Source: an uncultured Rhodospirillaceae bacterium (GTDB lineage Bacteria; Pseudomonadota; Alphaproteobacteria; UBA2966). Taken from it: a stretch of 64,000 nt of DNA. The stretch lies in NCBI GenBank assembly GCA_964528595.1, contig CAZGTM010000011.1, forward strand, positions 3,061 to 67,060. The letters run 5' to 3'. The translations under genes were made by a program, and so were the position numbers. Every line of letters begins with the position of its first letter. The first letter of the stretch is position 1. The notes under the pieces were generated by a model. It ran no database searches. It had not been told where the DNA came from and was given only the letters and a program-made list of their open reading frames with translations. Shown one piece after another: positions 29,992 to 39,704 of this stretch.

Positions 29992-31008
29992 ATGGAATAC
30001 CACACCCTCGGCCAGAGCGGCCTTCGCGTCTCGCCACTGTGCCTCGGCACCATGATGTTCGGCGGCCCGACCGACGAGGCCACGGCGGCGCGCATCGTCG
30101 ACACGGCGTACGACCAGGGCGTCAACTTCATCGATACCGCGGACGTTTACACCGGCGGCGCCTCGGAGGAAATCACCGGCCGCGCCATCGCCGCCCACCG
30201 CCACGACTGGGTGCTGGCGACCAAGTGCGGCAACCAGATCGGCGATGGCGCCAACCGCGCGGGTGCGGGTCGCAAATGGGTGCTGCAGGCCTGTGATGAG
30301 AGCCTCGCGCGCCTCGGCACCGACTACATCGACGTCTACTACCTGCACAAGGAAGACCTCGAAACGCCGCTGGAGGAAACCGTTTCGGCCCTGGGCGACC
30401 TGATCCGGGCGGGCAAGGTGCGCCACTTCGGCGTCTCCAATTTCCGCGCCTGGCGGGTGGCCGAGATCGTCAACGTCTGCGCCGATCTCGGCGTCGACAA
30501 ACCCATCGTCAGCCAGCCCTACTACAACGCCATGAACCGCATGCCCGAGGTCGAACACCTGCCGGCCTGCGACCACTACGGCATGGGCGTGGTGCCCTAC
30601 AGCCCGCTGGCGCGCGGCGTGCTGACCGGCAAGTACAAGCCGGAGGAACTCAGCAAGCCGACCGAGGGAACCCGGGCCGGACGCAACGACATGCGCCTGA
30701 TGCAGACGGAATGGCGCGAGGAATCGCTGATCATCGCCCAGGATCTCAAATCCTATTGCGACGACAAGGGGATCAAACTGACGCACTACGCCGTCAACTG
30801 GGTCCTCAACAATGCACTGGTGACGGCGGTCATCGGCGGCCCGCGCACGGAAGAGCAGTGGGACGACTACGTGGCCGCGCTGGACTACGAGTTTACGGCC
30901 GAGGACGAAGACCTGCTCAACAGCCTGGTCACCGTCGGCCACCCCTCGACGCCCGGCTACAACGATCCGGCCTACCCCATCGAGGGCCGCGTGACCTATT
31001 CGGAATAA
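29992..31008 (+). CDS. Aldo/keto reductase
   Basis: LCLGTMMFG, DTADVY, LATK, DYIDVYYLH, GVSN, SQPYYN, YSPLARG. Confidence 0.93.
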   Translation: MEYHTLGQSGLRVSPLCLGTMMFGGPTDEATAARIVDTAYDQGVNFIDTADVYTGGASEEITGRAIAAHRHDWVLATKCGNQIGDGANRAGAGRKWVLQACDESLARLGTDYIDVYYLHKEDLETPLEETVSALGDLIRAGKVRHFGVSNFRAWRVAEIVNVCADLGVDKPIVSQPYYNAMNRMPEVEHLPACDHYGMGVVPYSPLARGVLTGKYKPEELSKPTEGTRAGRNDMRLMQTEWREESLIIAQDLKSYCDDKGIKLTHYAVNWVLNNALVTAVIGGPRTEEQWDDYVAALDYEFTAEDEDLLNSLVTVGHPSTPGYNDPAYPIEGRVTYSE

Positions 31009-31012
31009 CTCC

Positions 31013-32101
31013 ATGGCCAAGTACAAGATCGCCGTGGTGCCGGGCGACGGCATCGGGCCCGAGGTTTGCCGGGCCGCCGTGTCGGTATTGCAAGCCAGCG
31101 CCGTCGCCGAGCGGTTTGAATTCACCGAACATGCCGCCGGGGCGGATAGCTACACGGCGACCGGCGATGCTTTTCCTGAAGACACCATGGCGGCCTGTCG
31201 CAGCGCCGATGCCGTGTTGCATGGCGCCGCGGGGTTGCCCGACGTGCTTTATCCGGACGGCACGGAGGCCGGCCAGGATTTTTCCATGAAAATCCGCGCC
31301 GCCCTTGATCTTTACGCCAACGTGCGGCCGATCAAGTTGTTCGACGGCATTGCCTCGCCCCTGGCGGGACGCAAACCCGGCGACATCGAGTACGTCATCG
31401 TGCGGGAAAATACCGAAGGCCTCTATGCCGCGCGGTCGGGCGGCAATCTCCTGAGGGACGAGATCGCCAGCGATACCATGGTGATCACGCGCAAGGGCAC
31501 GGCGCGGGTTGTGCGCCAAGCGGCGGAACTGGCCCTGCAGCGGAACGGCGCGCCGGCCGACGGCAAGCGCCGCGTCACCATCGTCGACAAATCCAACGTG
31601 CTGAGGTCCTTCGCCTTCTTCCGCCGCGTCGCCGAGGAGGTTTTGGCGGACTATCCCGCCGTCGAGGTCGACTACGCCCTTTCGGACGCCGTCACCATCC
31701 GTATGGTGGAGCGGCCCGATACCCTCGACGTATTGGTCTCTGAAAATTTCATCGGCGATATCATTTCGGACCTCGGCGCCGCCACTGTCGGCGGCATGGG
31801 CCTCGCGCCCTCGGCCGAACTCGGCGACGACTACGGTTATTTCCAGGGCTCCCACGGCACCGCGCCCGATATCGCCGGTAAAGGCGTCGCCAATCCGGTG
31901 GCGACGATCCTGTCCGCCGCCGAGATGCTCGACTGGCTGGGCCGGCGGCACCAGGACCAGCCGCTTACCGCCGCCGCCCAATCCATCCGCGATGCGGCCG
32001 GCGGCGTGCTCAAGGCCGGCGACGCCGCCACGCCCGACCTCGGCGGCAACGGCACGACGGAGAGCTTCGCCGACGCCATCAGCCGGGCGATGACAGCCTA
32101 G
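31013..32101 (+). CDS. Isocitrate/isopropylmalate/tartrate dehydrogenase family protein
   Basis: GDGIGPEV, LYANVRP, VRENTEGLY, DKSNVL, GDIISD, HGTAPDIAGKG, TPDLGG. Confidence 0.9.
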   Translation: MAKYKIAVVPGDGIGPEVCRAAVSVLQASAVAERFEFTEHAAGADSYTATGDAFPEDTMAACRSADAVLHGAAGLPDVLYPDGTEAGQDFSMKIRAALDLYANVRPIKLFDGIASPLAGRKPGDIEYVIVRENTEGLYAARSGGNLLRDEIASDTMVITRKGTARVVRQAAELALQRNGAPADGKRRVTIVDKSNVLRSFAFFRRVAEEVLADYPAVEVDYALSDAVTIRMVERPDTLDVLVSENFIGDIISDLGAATVGGMGLAPSAELGDDYGYFQGSHGTAPDIAGKGVANPVATILSAAEMLDWLGRRHQDQPLTAAAQSIRDAAGGVLKAGDAATPDLGGNGTTESFADAISRAMTA

Positions 32102-32141
32102 CGGTTGCCGCCTGGGGTGGGCATGGCGGCTGCGCCCGGCT

Positions 32142-32738
32142 TTATTTATTCGCCGCCATGCCCGCGATATAGGTATGGATCATGTCCTCCACCATGACAT
32201 CGATGTCCTCGTTTGAAATGAGATCGAGCTTATCGGTCAGCCCGAGCGAACAGATGCCGTGCAGCGAGGACCACAAAATTCGGGCGGCGCGTTTGTGGTC
32301 GTCGGAACCGGGATCGGCGAAGAGCGGCGAAATGACCTCTTCCACCATGTCGAACAGCACATTGAGTTTTTGCCGGTACCAGGGGGGCACGGTCCGGCCC
32401 TCGGGCAGCGAATGCTCGAACAGCGCCAACCACAGATGGCGTTCCTCCGTCGTGAACATCAGGTATCCGCGGGCGAGCCCGATCAGGCGGTCTTCGATAC
32501 CGCCGTCTCCGGTAATTCCGGCGGCGATTGCCGGCGCCAGCCGCTCCAGGGTGCGGCCGTGGACCTCAACAATCAGGTCGTCGAGATCCTCGAAGACATT
32601 GTAGATCGATCCAACGGCGCAGTTGACGCCGGCAGCCAGGCGGCGGGCGGTCAGGGCCGACAGGCCCTCCTTCCTGATGATTTTTTCGGCTTCCGCGATC
32701 AAATCGTCACGTAATCCCTCGCGCGGCTTTCTAGGCAT
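32142..32738 (-). CDS. TetR family regulator (WHG-type C-terminus)
   Basis: N-terminal HTH LTARRLA...VGSIYNVF; LWSSLHG. Confidence 0.9.
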   Translation of the reverse strand: MPRKPREGLRDDLIAEAEKIIRKEGLSALTARRLAAGVNCAVGSIYNVFEDLDDLIVEVHGRTLERLAPAIAAGITGDGGIEDRLIGLARGYLMFTTEERHLWLALFEHSLPEGRTVPPWYRQKLNVLFDMVEEVISPLFADPGSDDHKRAARILWSSLHGICSLGLTDKLDLISNEDIDVMVEDMIHTYIAGMAANK

Positions 32739-32795
32739 AAGTGTTTGGCTCCGCTTCAATTTTCGGGCTGGATAGAAAAACCTCAAAATTATGCT

Positions 32796-32841
32796 TGAAC
32801 ATAGTTCATTTTTCCGCCATATTCAAATTGAACGTTGTTCA
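32796..32841. promoter_or_regulatory. Two TetR operator palindromes TGAAC-N3-GTTCA
   Basis: TGAACataGTTCA (32796-32808) and TGAACgttGTTCA (32829-32841) between the divergent tetR and MFS genes. Confidence 0.75.
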
Positions 32842-32865
32842 TTTATTATTATTCGAGGTCATGCC

Positions 32866-34743
32866 ATGTCGAGCCAGACCCAAGACTCTCTCCTCAAGAG
32901 CGGTCGGTTCCTGCCGTTTTTTCTGACGCAGTTTCTGGGCGCCTTCAACGACAACGTCTTCAAGAACGCGTTGATCATCATGATTGCGCTCAGTGTGGCC
33001 AAGGCGGAGGGGAACATGCTCATCAACCTTTGTGCGGGGATGTTCATACTGCCGTTCCTGCTGTTTTCCGCTCAGGCCGGACAAATCGCCGAAAAATTCG
33101 AAAAATCAGAGCTCATGCGTACGATCAAATTGGCTGAAATCGGCATCATGGGCGTGGCGGGTGTGGGTTTCGTCCTCAACAGCCTGCCGCTGCTGATCGG
33201 AACGCTTTTCCTGATGGGTCTGCAATCGACGTTTTTCGGCCCGGTGAAATACAGCCTGATGCCGCAGCACCTCGCGCAGGACGAACTGGTGGAGGGCAAC
33301 GGCCTGGTGGAGATGGGCACGTTCCTGGCCATCCTGCTGGGCACGGTGGGCGGCGGGTTGCTGATCGGACTGGAGACCGGGCGCTTCGTGGTCGGTGCGG
33401 CGATTATCGTCTTTGCCGCTCTGGGCTGGTTGGCGTCGCGGCATATTCCCCGCGCCGAGGCAGGTGCACCGGATCTTCGGATCGGCTGGAATCCCGTGAA
33501 GGAGACCTACAAGATAATCCGTCTCGCCCGCCAGGACATCGTTGTCTTCCGCTGCGTCCTCGGCATTTCTTGGTTTTGGCTGATGGGGGCGAGCTACCTT
33601 ACCCAGTTGCCGAACTATGCCCGCTTCACCCTGGGCGGCGACGAGCACGTGATTACGCTGCTGCTGGCGATCTTCTCCATCGGCATCGGCGTGGGGTCGA
33701 TCCTTTGTGACCGGCTCTCCGGCCACCGGGTCGAACTTGGCCTGGTGCCGTTCGGCTCACTCGGGCTCTGCTTGTTCGGCTTCGATCTTTATTTCGCGGC
33801 CAACCAGCCCTGGACGGGCGCCGGGCTGGTCGGACCGGCAGCCTTCGCCGCCAACCCGGACAACTGGCGCGTCATGTTTGACCTGGTCATGCTGGGCGTC
33901 TTCGGCGGATTTTACATCGTGCCGCTCTACGCCATCATCCAGAGCCGCACGCCGGCCCGCAACCGCAGCCGCGTCATCGCCGCCAACAATGTCCTGAACG
34001 CCCTGTTCATGGTGGCGTCGGCGGGTCTGGCCATGCTGCTGCTGGGACCGTTAGGCCTCAGCATCCCGGTGCTGTTCCTGGTGGTCGCCGGATTGAACGT
34101 CGCGGTGGCCGGTTACATCTATGGCCTGGTGCCTGAATTTCTGCTGCGCTTCGTCGTTTGGCTTTTGACCATCACAGTCTACCGCGTGAACGCCACCGGT
34201 CTGAAAAACATCCCCGAGGAAGGGCCGGCTCTTTTGGTCAGCAATCATGTGTCCTACGTCGATGCGCTGGTTATCACGGCTGCTTGCCGGCGGCCCATCC
34301 GCTTCGTCATGCATGCCGACATCTACAATCTGCCGGTGCTGCACTTCCTCTTTCGCATCGCCGGTACCATTCCCATCCTGCCGGAGCACCAGGATGCGGC
34401 CGTCTATGACGCGGCCTTCCGGCGCATTGCCGACTATCTCGCCGCCGGTGAAGTCGTCTGCATTTTTCCCGAAGGCAAGATCACCTACGACGGCGAGATG
34501 AACGAATTCCGCCGCGGCGTTTCGCGCATTCTCGACGATACCCCGGTCCCGGTCGTGCCGCTGGCCATCCAGGGACTTTGGGGCAGCCTTTTCAGCCGCG
34601 CCGGCAAAGCCACCAAATGGTATTGGCTGAGGACCGCCAGACGCCGCGTCGGCATCGTCATCGATGAGGTCGTGGCGGCCGTGGAGGCCGAGCCTGAACT
34701 TCTACAGGCGAGGGTGGCGGCGCTGCGCGGAGATTTACGCTAG
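32866..34743 (+). CDS. LplT-like MFS lysophospholipid transporter fused to a PlsC acyltransferase
   Basis: TQFLGAFNDNVFKNAL, FFGPVKYS; NHVSYVD (HxxxxD) and IFPEG. Confidence 0.9.
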   Translation: MSSQTQDSLLKSGRFLPFFLTQFLGAFNDNVFKNALIIMIALSVAKAEGNMLINLCAGMFILPFLLFSAQAGQIAEKFEKSELMRTIKLAEIGIMGVAGVGFVLNSLPLLIGTLFLMGLQSTFFGPVKYSLMPQHLAQDELVEGNGLVEMGTFLAILLGTVGGGLLIGLETGRFVVGAAIIVFAALGWLASRHIPRAEAGAPDLRIGWNPVKETYKIIRLARQDIVVFRCVLGISWFWLMGASYLTQLPNYARFTLGGDEHVITLLLAIFSIGIGVGSILCDRLSGHRVELGLVPFGSLGLCLFGFDLYFAANQPWTGAGLVGPAAFAANPDNWRVMFDLVMLGVFGGFYIVPLYAIIQSRTPARNRSRVIAANNVLNALFMVASAGLAMLLLGPLGLSIPVLFLVVAGLNVAVAGYIYGLVPEFLLRFVVWLLTITVYRVNATGLKNIPEEGPALLVSNHVSYVDALVITAACRRPIRFVMHADIYNLPVLHFLFRIAGTIPILPEHQDAAVYDAAFRRIADYLAAGEVVCIFPEGKITYDGEMNEFRRGVSRILDDTPVPVVPLAIQGLWGSLFSRAGKATKWYWLRTARRRVGIVIDEVVAAVEAEPELLQARVAALRGDLR

Positions 34744-34751
34744 GCGGGGCG

Positions 34752-36353
34752 TTAGAACCCAGGCATATCCTCGGGCACGTAGATCGTCTGTTTTTCGCTG
34801 ACGCCGCGCAGTTCAAACTCGCCGATGGGCGCAAGCGGCGTGGAACAGCGCTCGGCGAAAGCCGACGAGACGACGACGCGCGGGTCGACCTCCTTGGTCA
34901 GGCTTTCGATGCGGGCGGCCTCGTTGGCGGCGGCGCCGATGACGGTAAATTCCAGGCGCTCGGGGATGCCGATGTTGCCGTAGGTCAGGCGTCCGACGTG
35001 CAGGCCGATGCCGAAGTCCAGCGGGTCGAGGCCTTCGGCCGCGCGTTCCTCGTTGAACTTCTTCATGCGGTCCTCGGCGTCGGACGCCGCCGTCAGGGCA
35101 TCGTCACAGGCGCGCTGATAAACCGCGTCCCCGTCCAGCAAGGGAAACACGGCGAGCACGGCGTCGCCGATGAAACGCAGCACCTCGCCGCCGTATTCGA
35201 CGACTGGCTTGACCATGCACTCGAAGAAATGATTGAGGATGGCGAGGAACTCCTCGCGCGACATGCTCTCGGCCAACGGCGTCGACCCGCGCAGGTCACA
35301 GAACCAGATCACGGCGTTCAGTTCCTCCGAATCGCCCCGCTTGATCAATCCCTTGAGCACCTTTTCACCGGTATGCCGGCCCAAATAGGTCTGCAGCAGC
35401 GAATTGCTCATGCTGCGGGCGGCGTGGACTTCGTAGAAACGGCTGAGCACCGGCAGGATCTCGTGCACGCGGCCCAGTTCGGCCGTGGTGAAGCCGCCGT
35501 CGCGGTCGGTCGACATCGTCAGCGCGTTGATCTGGCCGTCGGAGAAGGTCATCGGCATGGCGGCGTAATCGGTCATGCCTTCCTCGTGCAGCTGTTTGAT
35601 GATGCCGTAATCCAGCAGCGGGTTGTCGCCCTCCAGCCGGCGGCGGATGCCGCCCGCGCCGTTGAATATGGGGATCAGGGGACTGTCGAGGAACAGCGGG
35701 CTTGAAAGCGTATCGTGGGTCAGGACGAAGGAATGCACATCCTCCTTGTCGGGCCGCCAGACGTAGGCCGAACCGATCAGCAGGGGGTGCAGCGTGCGGA
35801 TGAAAACCGACATGCGGCTTACCGACATGCCGCTTTCGACCAGCACGCGGCCCAGTTGCTGGGTCAAATCGGACGGCGACTGGGTGTCCCAGCCCTCCCG
35901 CATCAGCCAGTCGACGAAGACGCTGCCGTGGCTGTCCATTTCGGTATGGACGGATTCGTAATCGCTGTCCTCGTTGTACGAAACACCCATCTTGGAGAGA
36001 TAGAAGGCCAGGTGCCCCTTGATGGCGTTGGCCTCCGGCAGGGGGTTTTCGTACGACCAGACGGCGTCTTCGATCTTGTTGTCGCCGACCTCGAGCGACC
36101 AGTACGAGGCGTTGCCCTTGAAGGGGCAGTGGGTGCGGTGGCGGGTGCGCTGCATGAGGTCCATGCGCACATCCTCGCGGGGGAAGTAGTAGACAGCGGG
36201 CAGCCGCGATTCCCGGTAAAGCACCGCCTTGTCGCTGTCGACGACGGTGACGCCGTTGTATTCGATCCGGACGTTGTAGTCGGAAACCTCGGCGGAAATT
36301 CCGTACTCCGGCAGGGCGCCGTCACCGGCGCCCGCTTGATCCGTATCCGACAT
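34752..36353 (-). CDS. DUF427 domain fused to a class III nucleotidyl cyclase
   Basis: N-terminal VYYFP...THCPFKGNASYW...VWSYENP...IKGHLAFY; C-terminal FCDLRGST, LRFIGDAV, IGLHVG, FTVIGAAANEAARIE. Confidence 0.85.
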   Translation of the reverse strand: MSDTDQAGAGDGALPEYGISAEVSDYNVRIEYNGVTVVDSDKAVLYRESRLPAVYYFPREDVRMDLMQRTRHRTHCPFKGNASYWSLEVGDNKIEDAVWSYENPLPEANAIKGHLAFYLSKMGVSYNEDSDYESVHTEMDSHGSVFVDWLMREGWDTQSPSDLTQQLGRVLVESGMSVSRMSVFIRTLHPLLIGSAYVWRPDKEDVHSFVLTHDTLSSPLFLDSPLIPIFNGAGGIRRRLEGDNPLLDYGIIKQLHEEGMTDYAAMPMTFSDGQINALTMSTDRDGGFTTAELGRVHEILPVLSRFYEVHAARSMSNSLLQTYLGRHTGEKVLKGLIKRGDSEELNAVIWFCDLRGSTPLAESMSREEFLAILNHFFECMVKPVVEYGGEVLRFIGDAVLAVFPLLDGDAVYQRACDDALTAASDAEDRMKKFNEERAAEGLDPLDFGIGLHVGRLTYGNIGIPERLEFTVIGAAANEAARIESLTKEVDPRVVVSSAFAERCSTPLAPIGEFELRGVSEKQTIYVPEDMPGF

Positions 36354-36443
36354 TGTGACCCCCATCACAGCCCGCAAATTCCGGAATCATTCTAACAAAC
36401 AATATGAGAAAGGGACATGACCGTACCGGTGATGACGCAGATG

Positions 36444-37607
36444 TTACCCGGTCGGCAGGACGAAGCGGTTCTTGCCGGTCTTTTTTGCCTGATACATGCG
36501 CTCATCCGCCAGGGCCACGAGGTCTGACCAGCTTTCCGGCTCGTCCGCCTGGAGTTCGGCAATGCCCATGCTTATGGTCAGGGGCCGGCCCTCCGGCCGC
36601 TCCCCCAGGCCCTCCTCGAAGATGCGGGCGGCAACCCGGCGGGCGCCCTCGGTGTCCGTACCGGGCAGCAGGATGACAAATTCCTCGCCGCCCCAGCGCA
36701 CCAGCACGTCGGCCCGTCTCAGGTGCTGCGACAGGTGATCGGCCGCCTGGCGCAGGATGCGGTCGCTTTCGTCGTGCCCGAAGCGGTCATTGACCGATTT
36801 GAAATCATCGATGTCGGCGAACGCGACGGCCAGCGGCGACTTTTGCCGGTCGGCCACGTTGAACTGGTTCTCCAGCACTTGCTGCCCGATGCGGCGCACC
36901 ATGGCGTGCGTCAGCGGGTCGACGGCGGCCTGGCGGGCGATCTCGATAATAAGCTGCAACTGGCTCATGCCCGCGATGGCCGATACCGCGGCGGCCAGAA
37001 CCAGCAGCCAGAGAATGCCGGTCAGGGTGTAAATATTTTCGACGTCGACGAGAAAGACGTGGATGGCGCCGTTGGCCAGCAGCAGGGGAACGGCAAACGC
37101 CAGGGCTTCGGCCAGCGAGATCGGCAGAATACTCAAGCCCGCGATGACGATGAAAGGCAGCAGGGCGTAGCCCGTGAAGATGGTCTTGGCCCAGCCCATG
37201 GTCTCGAAATCCGAAAGGTACGGATAGAAGGCGGCGTAAAAGAGGGTCGGGATAGCGAACATGAAGGCGGCACAAAGACGCGCGTCGGTCATCTCGCCGG
37301 GCTTGTTCGAGACATAAGCCAGGAACAATAAAGCCCCCGCCGTCATGGCCCGGCCGACGGCCAGGGTTTGCCAAACCTCGGTCGGGAAGGCGAGGGCGTC
37401 GACGGCGATCCACAGAAGCGTGAGTGCCGAAAACGTGGCGGCGGTCAGGTGGACCCGGGCCAGGATCATTTCGGCCCGCAGGCGCGATACGTCGGCGGGG
37501 TGTTCGCGCGCGGACAAAAGCAGCGCGAAAATGCTCAAAACTTCCCACTTGGTTACGGCGCCAAGTGAATTACTTAATGTCTTGAGAATGTACTGCATAC
37601 CGACCAC
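36444..37607 (-). CDS. Membrane-bound diguanylate cyclase
   Basis: About six TMs, DPLT, DIDDFKSVNDRFGH, RRAD I-site, RWGGEEF, MYQAKKTGKNR; start uncertain. Confidence 0.9.
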   Translation of the reverse strand: MVGMQYILKTLSNSLGAVTKWEVLSIFALLLSAREHPADVSRLRAEMILARVHLTAATFSALTLLWIAVDALAFPTEVWQTLAVGRAMTAGALLFLAYVSNKPGEMTDARLCAAFMFAIPTLFYAAFYPYLSDFETMGWAKTIFTGYALLPFIVIAGLSILPISLAEALAFAVPLLLANGAIHVFLVDVENIYTLTGILWLLVLAAAVSAIAGMSQLQLIIEIARQAAVDPLTHAMVRRIGQQVLENQFNVADRQKSPLAVAFADIDDFKSVNDRFGHDESDRILRQAADHLSQHLRRADVLVRWGGEEFVILLPGTDTEGARRVAARIFEEGLGERPEGRPLTISMGIAELQADEPESWSDLVALADERMYQAKKTGKNRFVLPTG

Positions 37608-37822
37608 GTCGTTCCGGGCGGCGCTTCGACCACAGCCGCGAACGTCAGACTATTGTAGGTTTCAGGTGCTGAATAGCCTTTGATTTATATCAATTCCAAA
37701 AGGTACACTTGAAACCAATAGGCGGTCGCGGGTAGGGTGCGCGGCACGAATTTTTCGGGGTTTGCGCAGGTCCGGCCGATCGGACCGCGCGTTCAGCAAA
37801 TCGATTGGAAGGATGACACATC

Positions 37823-38359
37823 ATGGCCATCAAAGGGGTGCACCACGTTGCCTACCGTTGCAACAATTCCCAGGAAACGGTGGATTTCTACACCAAGGTC
37901 ATGGGGATGAAATTCGCGATGGCGATGTCGGAGGACCGGGTGCCGTCGACTCATGAACCCGACCCCTACATGCACATTTTTTTCGAAGCCGGTCCGGGCA
38001 GCTATATGGCGTTCTTCGAATTGCCCAATTCGCCCAAGATGGGCCGCGATGAAAATACGCCCGACTGGGTTCAGCACATCGCTTTTGAAGTCGAGGACAT
38101 GGACGATCTGCTGGCGGCCAAGGAGCGCTGGGAATCACACGGCCTGGATGTCGTCGGCGTCACCGACCATACCCTGTTCAAGTCGATCTATTGCTTCGAT
38201 CCCAACGGACACCGCCTGGAGCTCTCGTGCAACGTCGGGGACAAGGAGCTTTGGGACCGTACCACCGGCATTGCCGAGGACATGCTCAAGGAATGGAACG
38301 AAACCGGCCAGGCCCCCAAGGTCGGCGCCTGGATTCACGAAAAGGAATTCGCTGAATAA
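37823..38359 (+). CDS. VOC/glyoxalase family metalloprotein
   Basis: VHHVAYRC, YMHIFF, MAFFE, QHIAF, SIYCFDPNGHRLE. Confidence 0.9.
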   Translation: MAIKGVHHVAYRCNNSQETVDFYTKVMGMKFAMAMSEDRVPSTHEPDPYMHIFFEAGPGSYMAFFELPNSPKMGRDENTPDWVQHIAFEVEDMDDLLAAKERWESHGLDVVGVTDHTLFKSIYCFDPNGHRLELSCNVGDKELWDRTTGIAEDMLKEWNETGQAPKVGAWIHEKEFAE

Positions 38360-38384
38360 GCCGCTCAGGCCATTGAAACCGGTC

Positions 38385-38420
38385 AAAGGGGCATGTACTC
38401 GTTACATGTCCTTTTTCTTT
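38385..38420 (+). terminator. Rho-independent terminator after the VOC gene
   Basis: AAAGGGGCATGTA-ctcgt-TACATGTCCTTT followed by TTCTTT. Confidence 0.7.
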
Positions 38421-38442
38421 GCTGAATGATGATCCGGTAACC

Positions 38443-39687
38443 ATGGCAACCGATACCAATTCCCCGCTGACGCCGGGCGCTCTCTCCGGCGTTCGTATTC
38501 TCGATCTGACGCGCATCCTCGCCGGTCCGACCTGTACGCAGCTGATGGGCGATCTGGGCGCGGACGTCATCAAGATCGAACGAGCCGGCGTGGGCGACGA
38601 TACCCGGACCTGGGGGCCGCCCTACGTCAAGGACGCCGGCGGGGCGGACACCTCGGAAAGCGCCTATTATCTCTGCGCCAACCGCAACAAGCGCTCGGTC
38701 GCCGTCGATATCTCCAAGACCGAAGGCGCGGACCTGGTGCGCCGGCTGGCGGCACAGTGCGACATACTGATCGAGAACTTCAAAGTGGGCGGCCTGGCGG
38801 CCTATGGCCTCGGCTACGATGACCTCAAGGAAAGCCACCCCCAACTGGTTTATTGCTCCATCACCGGCTTCGGCCAGTACGGCCCGCATGCCGAACAGGC
38901 CGGCTACGACATCCTGGCCCAGGGCCAGGGCGGCATGATGAGCATCACCGGCGATCCCGACGGCGAGCCCATGAAGGTCGGCGTCGGTATTGCCGACGTC
39001 ATGTGCGGTATGTACGCCGGCGTCGCCATTCTCGGGGCGCTGCGCCACCGCGACCTCACGGGCCAGGGCCAGTACATCGACATATCGCTGCTGGACAGCC
39101 AGATCGCCTGGCTGATCAACGAAGGTACGAACTACCTGACGTCCGGTCAGCCGCCCACCCGCCGCGGCAACCAGCACCCCAACATCGTGCCCTACCAGGT
39201 GTTCGAGGCCTCCGACGGCCACGTCATCGTCGCCGTCGGCAACGACCGGCAGTTCGAACGTTTCTGCGACATGCTGGCGGTGCCCGACCTGGCGGCGGAC
39301 GCGCGCTTCGTCAGAAACGCCGACCGGCTGGCGCACCGCGACGAATTGGTGGCGCTACTGGAGGTCGAGGTCAGGAAGTTCAGCAAGGCTGACGTTCTGG
39401 AAGGATTGAAGCAGCGCGGCGTCCCGGTGGGTCCGGTCGATACCGTGCCGGAAGTATTCGCCAGCGAACAGGTGGCGGTCCGCGACATGAAGATATCGAT
39501 GCCCCATCCCAGCGCCGGTTCCGGGGCCGTCGACCTGATCGGCAATCCGTTGAAGATGGGCGCAACGCCCGTCAGCTACCGCCGTCCGCCGCCGACGCTG
39601 GGCCAACATACCGACGAGGTGCTGGCGGAACTGCTGGAACTGGATGACGGGGCGCTGGCCGACCTGCGCCGCGGCAAGGTGATCTGA
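38443..39687 (+). CDS. CaiB/BaiF (family III) CoA-transferase
   Basis: DLTRILAGP, LGADVIKIE, GDDTR, NRNKRS, ENFK, SITGFG, AGYD, IAD catalytic Asp. Confidence 0.93.
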   Translation: MATDTNSPLTPGALSGVRILDLTRILAGPTCTQLMGDLGADVIKIERAGVGDDTRTWGPPYVKDAGGADTSESAYYLCANRNKRSVAVDISKTEGADLVRRLAAQCDILIENFKVGGLAAYGLGYDDLKESHPQLVYCSITGFGQYGPHAEQAGYDILAQGQGGMMSITGDPDGEPMKVGVGIADVMCGMYAGVAILGALRHRDLTGQGQYIDISLLDSQIAWLINEGTNYLTSGQPPTRRGNQHPNIVPYQVFEASDGHVIVAVGNDRQFERFCDMLAVPDLAADARFVRNADRLAHRDELVALLEVEVRKFSKADVLEGLKQRGVPVGPVDTVPEVFASEQVAVRDMKISMPHPSAGSGAVDLIGNPLKMGATPVSYRRPPPTLGQHTDEVLAELLELDDGALADLRRGKVI

Positions 39688-39704
39688 GGCAGGGGGGCAG
39701 GAAC

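Noticed and set aside
34752-36353. Cyclase as a Pycsar/CBASS anti-phage system
   Set aside because: No adjacent TIR or TM effector and no defence-island context; resembles signalling cyclases
37823-38420. VOC protein as part of the desulfinase operon
   Set aside because: A terminator-like hairpin with a U-tract separates it from the CoA-transferase; linkage unsupported, though not excluded
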